Source of the DNA: Cenococcum geophilum
Lineage: Eukaryota
Assembly (NCBI GenBank): GCA_050273025.1
Contig: CP158635.1
Location: forward strand, 27,714,001 to 27,778,000
Reading direction: 5' to 3'
DNA length: 64,000 nt
The position numbers and the translations under genes were made by a program. Of this stretch, positions 1 through 11,979 are shown in pieces. The notes beneath the pieces were generated by a model. It worked only from the letters and a program-made list of their open reading frames with translations. It made no database searches and was not told the DNA's origin. Position 1 is the first letter of the stretch. Each line of letters opens with the position of its first letter.

Positions 1-3000
1 ATTGTAGTCGTCTTTTAAAGTACGTTAATTGTAGTTCTTTTTTAGGGCCTTTTTTAGGGCATCCTATAAAGGCTTGGAATTATTATCTTTATAGTAAGGC
101 TTAATAATAGTTAAATAGAATTAAGTAGGTTTATAAGGTATCTAAATAGTATAAGTTTAACCATTAATTGTAATAAGTTGATGTGGGCCTAACTATCCTC
201 CCTTTTTACGCTATACGCGTACTTTAGACTAGAGTAGTAGATTAAGCGTAGTTAAGGTATTTAAGCCATTTCTTATTCCTAGTGTATTATTAACCTAGCG
301 TATAGCGTAGAGACATTATACCTCCTTTATTACCTTATAAATAGCCTTAGCTTATTATATAACGGAGGGAGATAGTAAAGAATTATTAGTTATTTAAGGG
401 TAGGCGCTAAAGACTAGCAATATAGGTACGAGTTTATCCGGGCCAGTGGAATTGTTAATAGCTTTAACAGCTATTTATAAGGTAAGTTCTTTACTAGCGT
501 CCTTTAGTTCTAAAGAGATAATCTTATATACGCGGCGTAATAGCGTATAATATTATTTTACTTTTCTAATACTATTATATGCCTTAATAGGGACTTCCTT
601 AACCTTAATTACTATTACCTTTATCTATTATTAAAACTCTATAGATAAGAAGTTCTTTTCTATATTATAGACGATTTAATTAGGGGGTTCTAAATAGACA
701 TTAATCTAGCATAACTAAAGGGCCTCCTATACGTTTCTAGCTAATATATCTTTTAAGAAACGCGCGGCTTAGAAAAAGGTTAAAAAGTTAATAACTTAGA
801 GCACTGGCTTGCCGCTAAGATATATAACGTTAATAATAATATAGAAGTTAAAGTCGTAGTTATTTTTAAGGGTAAACTTAAATCGGCTAGGGGACTTCTA
901 GTTTATTTAGTAGTAATAGTAATACTTTATAAGATGCTTAATTGCCTTAACCTTAACTTTATGGCCTGCTTGCTAAAGAACCCTAAGCAATTAATAAACA
1001 GATAGGTGGCCAAAATAATGGTGTAGTTGGCGTAATTTTAACTTAGTTAAGTGGCTTTAAGTAATACTCTTTTCTAGTTAATAAAGAAGCAACTAGGGGT
1101 AACCCTACTTGCGTATAATAGGCACCTAATTATCTCCCTAAATAAGTATATTTTTAAGGTTATTAAGCCTAACGCCTAATTTATTTATATCTTTAATGCA
1201 AAATAAAAACGGAGTATTTGTAGGAATAATATAGAAAGTGATATATCCTAAGGGGGTTTGGACCCTAATTATGCTAAGAGAGATTATAGTACCCTTGCCA
1301 AAACGAATTATATATTAGCCTACCGTTAAATAGTTAATCTAAATAAAGTTATTAAGCTACTAAAGAGCTTAAACTTAAGGTTCTCCTACTATAGATACTC
1401 CTGCGGCTCTAGTATCTAGTATAATACTATAGAAGATATTCGCTAAGTATTTATTATTAAAGGAGAACGCAGAGCTCTCCTTTAGCTTATTAAAGATATC
1501 TAACTTCGTAATAGAATAGAGCGTAGATTGGTTATTAAGAATAGTAATAGTTTGTGTGCCATCTACCTTACTATACTTAGTGAAGTATTAGTTAGGAGAG
1601 TAGTTCTTAATTTCTATATCTATAAGGAGCTATTTTGTAACGTGGCCCGCCTCCACGTCGCCATACGGCTAAAAAGACTGAGAGTGCTTGCGAACTTATC
1701 GCAAGCGCGGCGGGACCTAATATATATACTCTTACATATTTAGTCTTATTAATCTTACCCTTAAGATTTTCTACGCCTTTATATTAAACTAGGAAGCTTT
1801 AAAAGTAGGCTATAGTAACCTTATAATTTTTAATATTTCTTACACTCTAACGGAACTTATTATATGCCTCTTTTCGCTTATTAAGGGAGTGTCTAGTTAA
1901 CTAGCAATTTAGTTTCTTACAAACGTAGCACTTTTTCTGGCAATTATTTTAAAATAAACCTCTATAAGGACCTCTATAATTACCTTATAATTAATATTAA
2001 TTATACCCTTTACTATATTCCCTACTACGGCCGCTATATATTTAATTAGTCTAGTTATAATCATATTAGTTAGGAACGCTTAGTTAGGTAGAGCTTTTAG
2101 TATAAAGCTATTAAGATTCTTATGTTTATATTACAGTACCTACAGCGGAGCGTAGCTTAGTATATACTCCTTTAAATATATCCGCAGGTTTATATAGCGC
2201 TAAGTTACACTTAGGAACGCTACGGCATGCTAAAATAACCTAGTCCCTTAGGCTGTTCTTATTTTAGTAAGTTTTAGTAAGTCCGCGTTAGATTTTCTAG
2301 AGTTTATTAAAGAGTAGTTAAAGGCACTTTAAATAAGTCTTTATTAGGTTAGAAGTAATAACTCTTTAGAATATAGTCTCTCGCTATTTAGATATATAAA
2401 GTTAGCAATTTTTATTAGTCTTAAAGTGGGCTTTAGTAAGCTAAAGCATTATATTAAAGCTATAGTTTTTACCCGTAATATAGTCGTAATAGAATATTAC
2501 TACCTGTCCCTTTAATATAATAAAGAAAGCGTAGTAGTACTAGTAGCATTAAATTTTAACCTTATTGCAACAGTTATAAAAAACCTATAGTTTTGCTCCA
2601 AGTATATTGTATAATTCTCCTCTAAACTTCTTCTCTTCGTCTAAATATACCTTTATTAGATTCGTAACTTCTTATAGTAAAGGGTTACCAGTTGGCTAGA
2701 GTAGAGAAGCTAAAGGCGGCGGAGGTAGAGGATAAGTATCTCTAGGTAGGAGAGCACCTTTAGGTAGGAGAGTAGTATTTTAGGGGTTTTATTCTAAATT
2801 AAAGTTGCCTTCTAAAGAATATAGGTTGGTTCTAGGTTTCCGTAATTAACGTATAATCTTAGCTTCTATCTATACTAGTTCTTCTATACTAGTAATAATA
2901 GCCTAAATATTACTAATAATTGGGTTACCGTTCTTAGTAATATATACCCCTTTCCTATAGAGGAAGTCTTAAAAATCCTAAATAATATTAACATTGCTAA

Positions 3001-3853
3001 ATGCCTAGGTGTTAGCGGTCTATCCTATAAAATTCTCCCTAAAATATTCCTATAACTATATATTAGCGTAGTATCTACTTTAATAGAATATAATATAGTG
3101 TAGGAAAAAGCTATTAACTTATTTTATGGTATAAGTTATTATATTAAAGGTAAATTCATCCTAATTTTATTAATAAGTTTCGCGTATAAAGCTACCCCTA
3201 GTAGTAAGGAGTCTTCCTAGTCGTTTAAAGTAGGCGTAGCCATGTTTTTAGAGGGAGGGAAGTGTTATTAGTATAGGGATTATCGTTTAGTACGCGTTTG
3301 TAATATATATTTATTATTTAGTACGCGTTTATAACGTATATTTGCAATTATAGGGTTTAGGACTAGTTCTAGCCTTAAATCGCGAAGACTTATAAAGCGT
3401 ATTGTTCTGCGTAATAGACGCAAGAATCTATAATCTTAGAAAGGCTTAGGACTAGTTCTAGCCTTTAAATCCTTAGATTTATAGAAGAGTTCTATTTAAG
3501 GTTTAGGACTAGTTCTAACCTTAAAAGACAGCTTCCTTTAGCACGAGTAGCACTAGTATAGTAGCTCGTCTCTTCTTAGTAGAATACCTAGCTGCTCTAT
3601 AGTATAACAGTAAAGTTAACCACTAATTAGTGTTGGACTTATAAGGGAATATCACGTAGCTATGGTTCGTAGATAGTATAATAATTATTATTCTTATTAA
3701 TTAATTCTTAAAGAAAGGGGTAAGGAACTTAAGGTTCCTTACCACGCTAGTGCCACGGCGGCACGTGACAGCAACTTGCTGTACGTAACGGCAACTTGCT
3801 ACACGTGGTGGCAATATGCCTTATATAGTGACCACTTGCCTTTATTCCTAACA
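1..3853 (-). mobile_element. RIP-degraded Ty1/Copia LTR retrotransposon, 5' part (LTR, gag, protease, integrase; runs off the window start)
   Basis: Minus-strand translation near 1100-1300 gives FGKG..ISL.IIRVQTPLGYITF...TNTPFLFCIKD..KLGV.L (fungal Copia protease region). It is followed by the integrase region (HHHFGH...KSPSRFKFTLK). Gag starts near 3243 (MATPTLND). Many TAA/TAG stops at RIP-type sites. Confidence 0.85.
3631..3853 (-). repeat. 5' LTR of the first Copia element (223 bp)
   Basis: TG...CA ends. On the minus strand it is followed by CTAATTAGTG, the same post-LTR motif (CTGATTAGTG) as the Copia at 8257. The partner LTR is outside the window. Confidence 0.7.
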
Positions 3854-4910
3854 GGCGCATAGTTCCTCTACTAGTAGTTTAAAAATTCAGCCCTTCCTAA
3901 CTACTATCTATTAGGCCTATTAGAAATAGGCTATTTAAATAATAAATTAGCTTTTAATTGGCTTAAGCACTTTAACGTATATAGCTCTTGGCGCTAGCTA
4001 GGTGTATATAGGCTCCTAATTTTTAATAGCTACGGCTCTCACCTTACAAAGGAGTTTATTAAGTATTACGACAATTAAAAGATTATACCATTTACCTTAC
4101 CTCCGTATATAAGCCACCTTTTACAGCCTCTTAATATCGTTATATTTTAGCCGTATAAACACCACTATAGTAAGGCAGTTAAGTAAGCGACATAGATAGG
4201 CTGCACTAACTTTAATAAAGTTAAATTCCTCTATGTGATTAAATTAATTTATCGCTAAACATTTAAATTAAGTACAATTAAATTAGCCTTCTGGCAGGCA
4301 GGCCTTATTCCTTATAACCCTTAAATCGTCCTTAATTCTATACGCAAGGCGCGTCCTACTACCCCCCCCCCCCTCCACCACCTTATAAGCCACTATCTAC
4401 ACCATATACACTAAGATCTTTACGTATAGTTTAGAAGAAAGTTTTACTACTAGCTTAGGAGGTATACAAAGATAATAAGGAGGCTATAGATATCTTTATA
4501 AAATTTATAAGAGGTAGTTCAGCAAATATATATACACGACTGCAAGCCAAACGCAAGCTTATAAATACACAAGCAGTTACCAGAGCTTGTTGGCAACGCC
4601 AAAAAAGTAACAGAAAGGTTATATACGCAGCAAATGCACGGTTAATTGTACAAAAGCGCGAGCAGGAGGAGGCTCTAAAAGCTGCACGTGCATTACTAAG
4701 GAAGGAACGGGCAACTGCGAAGCAGCTTCTTTAGGACGCCACAAGGCGGCCAGAGCCTTAACCTATTATATATAGAGACTCCTTCTATTAAGAAACCAGT
4801 ACTACACCACAAAATTCTAAATATTCGACTTTTTAGTAGAGTTCTGCGGCTTTAAAATCATGGTCTTAGCAAATCTAACGTTGAGGTGGGCTCTACTCGT
4901 TGAGCTGGCC
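3854..4910 (+). mobile_element. RIP-degraded pogo/Fot1-type (Tc1/mariner, DDE_1) transposase, 3' part, interrupted by the Copia
   Basis: Reads LAFNWLKHF...YGSHLTKEF...IPFTLPP..SHLLQPL.IV.F.PYKHHYSKAV, which are DDE_1 motifs. Right boundary approximate. Confidence 0.8.
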
Positions 4911-5179
4911 GGCACTTACCTCGGTAACGAGGTAAGTGGATCGCGACAGCGGCACGGGTATGCAGTCTTTATGCTCCATAGTCTTACCATGTATACGAGG
5001 GCTGAATAAGTAATCATGCTGAGAAACAAGACGTGAGTGGTGGGGCATACGTCAGGGCGCTTTGCCAAGCTTCGTGTTGATCCGAGTCCGTAACCTCAAA
5101 CTAACTTGTTGCGAGAGTTACCTACTGAGTGCTTGATCGTATGCTTCTTTTCTCTTCAGAAATGAGATAAAATGTTCTC

Positions 5180-6492
5180 ATGGGGTCATTGGGCGACCCG
5201 AAAATGGTCCTCCTTGAGCCTCCCTTCAGCTTCACTATCCCCTCCATCCACGACGACACGACTTTGGACTGCCGCATATATTACCCTGCACCTCTCAGAG
5301 ACTCTATCTTAGACCCGTGCGAATGGCAAAAGAAGGGCGCAGTTGTTGCGCATCCATATGCTCCTCTTGGTGGAAGCTATGATGATCATGTTGTGGGCAT
5401 TATTGCTGAGGAATTGTTGAAAGAAGGATTCGTGGTTGGCACATTCAACTTCAGGTACGAAATAGAGAGCCTCTGTTAATTGAGATCATCTAACATACTC
5501 CTCATAGAGGGGCCTACACATCAAAGGGCAGAACGAGTTGGACTGGAAAACCTGAGCTTGATGACTATGTATCCTTCGCCGGCTTCTTCATACACTACAT
5601 CCACTTACTCAACCCTACGGTTTCCCGAAATACATCACCATCTACACCTTCTGTACCTTCTACCCCTTTCGACGCGCCCACCGACAATCATATTGGCTTC
5701 CATAGCGAGGGTACACGCATTATACTTGGTGGTTATTCGTACGGCTCTCTGATCGTGAGGCATATCCCACCCACAAACAAGATACTGGAGTTATTCTCTA
5801 AAGCTGAGGACGGTACAGCGGCAGCAGAGATACTTCTTCGGGCATCCAACCTCTCGATGCAGAGTAATCGCGAATGGGAGAATGCGCTAGCAGCCCGAAG
5901 ACGGCAACAGAGCACGAGGGAGCAGCGATATACCAATGAGCATTCCCTATGCGTGACGATGGGTGGGGAAGAGACACCACCTGAGAAACGACGCTCTAGC
6001 CGTGAAACCAGACGAAGTTCAGAGAGAACAGGCAGCTTCGAACTCCCGAGAGGACTCGGATCAATGTCATTGCGCCGAAAGAAGAGAGAGCACAGTTTGT
6101 CCGTTATCGAGTCCCATATACCAACGAATTCTGGTCCATCTCAGTCCACAGCATACCTACTCGTCTCGCCGCTACTTCCGCCTCTCTCGACCTTTGCGGC
6201 TACATCCATGGGCCCCAAGTTTTGGAGCAAGCCTAAGGACCATCACGAGAATATTGTACTACGACCAACACTAGCTATATTCGGTGACCACGACTTTTTC
6301 GCCTCAATCAAAAAATTGCGGCCCTGGGCCGAGAAGCTTAGTAAAGAACCAGATTCTGCTTTCGCGTATGAGGAAATCGGTGGTGCCGGTCATTTTTGGC
6401 ACGAACATGGCGTCGAGCCAAAGCTTCGAGAGGCGCTGAGGAAATGGGCGCACGGCCTCGATGATGTACAAAGATATCCAGAAATGAAATGA
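5180..6492 (+). CDS. Alpha/beta-hydrolase fold protein; exons 5180-5454 and 5508-6492
   Basis: Motifs VVAHPYAPLGGSYDD, FNFR|GA..SKGRTSWTGKPELDDY, nucleophile GGYSYGS, LAIFGDHDFF and GAGHFW. A GT..CTAAC..TAG intron at 5455-5507 restores one frame. Confidence 0.9.
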
Positions 6493-6639
6493 GAACTATG
6501 CAATCCTGAGAAACAGCTGGGAACGTGACACGTGACAAGGGCTTTCACGATTTTCTAGCTTTTCTCTGAGATGAAGTATCAGTCTTCTATACTCCTACGT
6601 AACTCCCCTAAAACGCGCTGACAACATTCCCAAGTTGCT

Positions 6640-6912
6640 TCATTCACGTCCTATGCAGGCCACATAATTTGCTGCGCCCTCATGCGTCCATACTTTAAAA
6701 TTACTGCTTAACTCCCAAGGCAAAAACCCAGCAAACTGGCTATAGTGATTTAAGTTTATCATAAAGAAGTCTGGGTCATATTCTTTGCCAGGCGCCCTAA
6801 AATTATCCACATCAGTCCGGATGTGATGCTCTTCTCTCGATGTGGACTTTATAAAATGCAGAGTCTTGCTTATTTCATAAATCAGACCCCCGGGGAGAAA
6901 TCCCGCCATGGC
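6640..6912 (-). pseudogene. Probable 3' half of a host gene split by the 17-kb transposon
   Basis: Open, non-RIP 89-codon frame (AMAGFLPGGLIYEISK...) that begins exactly at the left edge of the element. It can join in frame to 23871-24388. Confidence 0.4.
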
Positions 6913-8256
6913 GTGACGCTAAGGATCTAGTGCGACGCTTGTGGACTCCTACAAAGTCCTAAGCCAATCAAATCACTATACCCTAGTCCTGCAAAGTCCT
7001 GAACCAATCACATCACACCGAGAGGAATATCTCCCTAAGAGTCTGAGAGCTTATGGGAGCCCTTTATATACAAACTTAAAGTTTCTTATTAGGCGACAAC
7101 TCTTCTATTATAACGCTGTATCTTATACCCCAAATTAACTCTAAAATACTTCCGACCGTATTTAATTAAAAGCTATTTACTTCCTCTATCTTATTAAGAA
7201 ACAATAGACGTTACCAGCGGAATACCTACGCCCCTATCCGATAATTCGCAAAGCCCTTTATCTAATATCCCTCCTAGCTCTCTTCCGCCTTTTAATGGAT
7301 ATCCTAATAGGTATTTTAATAAACCTAATAGCGATATAGATTACCTTAATAATAAACTTAATAGCGACGCTATTAAGGCCCTTTAGCCTTCCTATAACGG
7401 ACCTTTCTCTCCTACCCGCGATTAATATAATATAAGTAATAGGGAACGGTAGTCTATACAATTTAAGCTACAATAGGTGGCTGATATACTACGCCGCGTT
7501 TAATGGAGCTTTCGAGGCTTTATGCTTGCTTAGGTTAGGTTAGAAGAAGGCTAAGAGGTTATAATTAAGCACCGCCTATATAGCAGTTAATAATAGCGAC
7601 GGCTTAAACTAAGGCATGCTATAGACGATCCGCGTATAGGGGACGTCTACTTGCGTTATTCTTTAGCAGACTGTTTTGCTATAGAGCTCGATAATCTTAT
7701 CTATTAGCCTTACTTTGCTTAATTTGATTATACTATAGACCTAGAGACGCTTAACTTTAAGCTAGCCTTTAGGACTATTTAGGAGGTTACCCCTATATGG
7801 CATACTGTTCTTATAAGACTTATAAGCAATTAGCGCGCCTACTAACCTAGTTATAACGCTCCGCCTTAGACTAATGCGTTATCTAAGTAATTGTTTACTA
7901 TTACTAGCATAGTATATTATTCTTGGGCTAAAAAGTAATCCGCCTTCCTCTCTTTAATGCTAGATATCTATTTAGTAGGCTTTGGTATAAAGCGGCGAGT
8001 AATTAAAACTCTGTTAGGGCTTGGAATATATTATAGTTACTATTAGGCTAGTTAGTTAATAAATAAGATCGCTAAGGCGGCAGAGGTATAGTATTTAGTT
8101 CCTCTAAACTCCTAGGCTAACCTACTAACTTCTTTAGAGGTAACTCTAGCTTTAAGCGTCTAATAAGTAGATAGTAATTGTCTATAACAACGTTAACTTT
8201 AAAGAGAGAAAAAGGGACGAGGTTATAGGCTATACGGATACTATACGGTCAATAAC

Positions 8257-8524
8257 TGTATAATTATAGCACCTGTTGTACCAAACGCGTGCTTACGCGT
8301 TCGGTACACCAGGTACGCGTTTACGCGTTCAGTGCACCAACCACTCGCTTACGCGTCTGGTGCACTTATGAAGCACTAACTAATTAGGGGGGAGGTGCAT
8401 TAGTATATAGACCACGTAGTCTGCTTTATATAATTGACAGTTACCATCTAAACAAGCATATAATACTACATGTATTTCGTGCCCGTGGATATAACTTACT
8501 TGTGCTATTAAGTTAGTACGAACA
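8257..8524 (+). repeat. 5' LTR of Copia
   Basis: TGTATAATT...GTACGAACA, direct repeat of 16506-16773. The differences seen are C/T and G/A transitions. Confidence 0.95.
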
Positions 8525-9875
8525 CTGATTAGTGAGCGCGTATAGATTAGCAATCACTCAATACCTCCCCCCAAGCGATATATACGACAGCGACCACCCG
8601 TTTAGACTCCTAGTATAACCTACTGGAAGGTCGGAAGTTAGGGATTACGGACTTATCTCTAACTCTATATACTTATTTAAGTCTTAGTACGGTTTACCGA
8701 AAGTATAATAGACGCGAATACAGACCTGTACGGAACCCCCTACCCTTAAACCTTAAACCCCTATCCCTACTACACCCTCTTTTAATACCTCCGACGTCTT
8801 TTTAGACCCCTTACAGAGACCCCCTACCCCTCTACAAACTACTACGGACCTGTTAAGACCCCTTATGGACACCCTTACCCTTCTACAAACTGCTATAGAC
8901 ATTAACCGCCTTTACGGACCACTATAAGACCTCTTCTACCCACTGCGTACTACACTACACTATATAGTATGGCAGACCTAAGGAAGTAAGTTAATAAAGG
9001 CCAGGAAAAGTAGAGGTAGGGAGCCGACCTTACGTCCATACCTGACGTCAATAACTATATTAAATTTAAAGTTCTTAAATATAAATATTTTAAGCTTATA
9101 AACGTCAACCTATAGGAGCAATACTAGGAAGACTTCGCGGACTTTACGGAAGCTATTTTTAAAGTATACAACCCTACTACTATTTGTAACCTACGGACCC
9201 TCTTATATAACTAAGGTGTATAGGTTAAAAGGAATAAACGAGTTACTGTTGTATAGTCCTTATATAATATAATATATAAGAAGGACCAAATAGAATAGAC
9301 TAAAGAGGAAATCCTAGACCAGTTCTAAGAAACTAAGGAACTCTTTACTTCTTCCAAACTTAATGTAATCGCTGGCCTTATACCTAACCTACTTAACTAA
9401 ATTCGTCCTATAAATCTAAGCAGTTTTAGAATTAATCTTATAGGCTAAAGCATATTTAGTACTTAAGTTACGGACTATAATACCCCTATAAACTAAAATA
9501 CGGACTAAATTACCCCTATTGTTTAAGTTATAAATCCGCAAGCTATATATCCGCAAACTATAAATCCGTAAGTTATAGATCCGTAACCTATCTAACTAAA
9601 GACCTACGGTAAGGAGCTAACTAACCTGGCTAAGCTCTATACCGACGAATCTAAGTACAGCAGCGAAAACGATAACTTTAACTTTAAACTAACTATCTTT
9701 ACGGACCTCTGCTAGAAGGCTAATATTCCTAAATAAGAGTTTAGCCAAGCCTACTCTACTATACTGCGCGGCCTAGCACTTAACTACTACTATACTAACC
9801 TTAAGAGCAACCCCTTAGTGTTCCTTTTAATAAGCTATACGAAGCTATACGTAACTACTTTAAAGGACCGGAATA

Positions 9876-11979
9876 AAACCTTTACCGTACATGCAACCTT
9901 ACCAAAAGGTAGCGCCACACTCTAAAACTTACGCATACCCATCTTACCATCAAAAACAATTGATTTTCCAACTTTTAAGACCTAATTCCTACCGCCTAGC
10001 AAGCTAGAGGTGGATTTATTTGTCATTTTACTCCCTTATCCCAACAGAAAATTTTCTCTAGGGGTGGTCCTAGCTTATAAGCGAGGCACGGACAGGAACA
10101 CTAAAACTACTACTACTACTACCAATACTAATACCAATAGGGGCTAGTCTTTCTACTCCCTTTTAGCCTAATCTCCCCAGAAATCTTCTAGTAGGATTAG
10201 TAAGGAGAAAGGTATAAGGGTAGAAAAAAAAACTAGGAAACCCCCCTATAAGATGCTAAAGTCTAATAGGCATAAAAAAAAACCTCCTATAGAAATAAGT
10301 GATAATAAGTCTATAACTATATTTACTTTTTCTGCCCCTTCTCCTTCTCCTGGCCTATTTAGGATAGGAAAAAAAAGAGGACATCCTTAGTCTTCTACTA
10401 AAAAAGAAAACCAAAAACCTGCAAAAAAGACAACAAAATTAATGACTTTTACGGCTAGTATACCTAGTATATCTTTCCCTCCCCTTTCTCCTAAACAACA
10501 CCTATAAAAGGCCCTAGAAAGCCTAATACAGGCCTATAAAGGGCTAGAAGAAGAAGAAAAAAAAGAAGAAAAAGAACAAGTTAAATAGCTAGAGGACTAT
10601 ACACGGAGTATTCTAGTAGGAGAAAATCCCTTTATAAAAGGAAAAGAAAAGGCAAAAGATATCCTATAAGGATTAGTCAAAGAAGTAAGAGCTCTCCGTA
10701 AGGAGGTAGCTCCTACTAAGGAAACCTATACAGAGAGACTAAAGAAGAACCTCCCTTCCTCGTCCCCCCTGCCCTCCTTACCAATACTATCTCCTACCCC
10801 TTCTACTTCTACTAGAAGTAAGAAAAAGTAGCTATAAGAAAGGAAGCTAGTCCTTATTACAGACTAAAAGGACTAACCTCTAGATACCTTCTCTATACGA
10901 AACAAAGTTAATTAACTATTTACATCAAAACTGCAAGTAGAAAAACCTGTTTTAGCATCTATAGCTAGAACTAAAGGAAAACAAAATATTCTTCTTATAA
11001 CTACGGAAAAGTATAATGCGGATTTCCTAGTTAAATATAAGGAAATCTGGCATAATTGCTTTACTTTTTAAAGAGAACAAAAACTAGAACCATGGGTTCA
11101 AATTATAGCCTATAGGGTTCCTACCCTACCTTTCCTAGAAGAAGGAGGCTCTAAGCTTCTAAAAGAAGAAATTAAGACCTTTAATCCTATAAGGATACAA
11201 GGACTACCTAAATAGATCTTATCTAGTGTAAAAAGACACAATCCATAGACCAGATTCGGCTCTATAGTTTTTACTATAAAAAACAAAGAAAAAAGATAAG
11301 AAATCCTTAAGTAAAAAAAGATATCAATTGCAGGTACAGCTACTAAGGTAGTAAAATACCTCAAAGTCTCTCCTACTACGCAGTATACAAGCTACCAAAA
11401 ATTTGGCCATATAGGAGACAGGTGCTCTACTAGGGCCTATAGATACTATGCGGCTGCACATTTATCTAAAGACTATTCCTATTCTACCTGTATAATAACA
11501 GGCAAGCCTTGCCAGCATACTACCCCTCTTTGCATTAATTGTAAAGAAAAACACTTTACTAATAGTAAAGACTGTAAGACTCTTAAAGCTGCTAAACTAG
11601 TACGCGAAGAAGATTTTATAGAAGAATAAAAACAGATAGGATTCTAGAAGGAGGCAACTCCTACTAGGCTCTTAAAATGATATTAGAGAGCAAAAGGACA
11701 GAAATAAATTGCAAAAGGACAGAAACAGGGGTTAGGATTTCTTATAGTTTTTCTTACCATTTTCTCATTCCCTAGTAGTTGTAGTATCTTAGTATTTTAC
11801 TAGGAAACTATAAACTCCTAATTTAGGGGTTTATAAACTACTAGGACATAGCTACTAGTATATATTAAGCTGCCTAGAAAGGATTTATATATATAGAACT
11901 ATAGCGCCATAGCCTAGAGGCTGCATGCGCAGTATTGTACGTAGTATAATACAACGGACCTAAAAAAAAAAAAAAAAAA
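9876..11979 (+). mobile_element. Non-autonomous LINE-type retroposon carrying only ORF1 (gag-like, CCHC knuckles) with poly(A) tail, inserted in the Copia gag
   Basis: About 14-bp TSD AAAGGACCGGAATA at 9862-9875 and 11980-11993. A poly(A) run starts at 11962. The ORF relic ~10253-11629 ends in knuckles (..QKFGHIGDRC, CINCKEKH.TNSKDC). No endonuclease or RT is present. Confidence 0.85.

Noticed and set aside
1528..1743. Short ORFs in AT-rich blocks (also 7258-7461, 11110-11364, 47961-48164, 59147-59347, 62868-63050)
   Set aside because: Antisense or off-frame shadows of RIP-degraded transposon genes.
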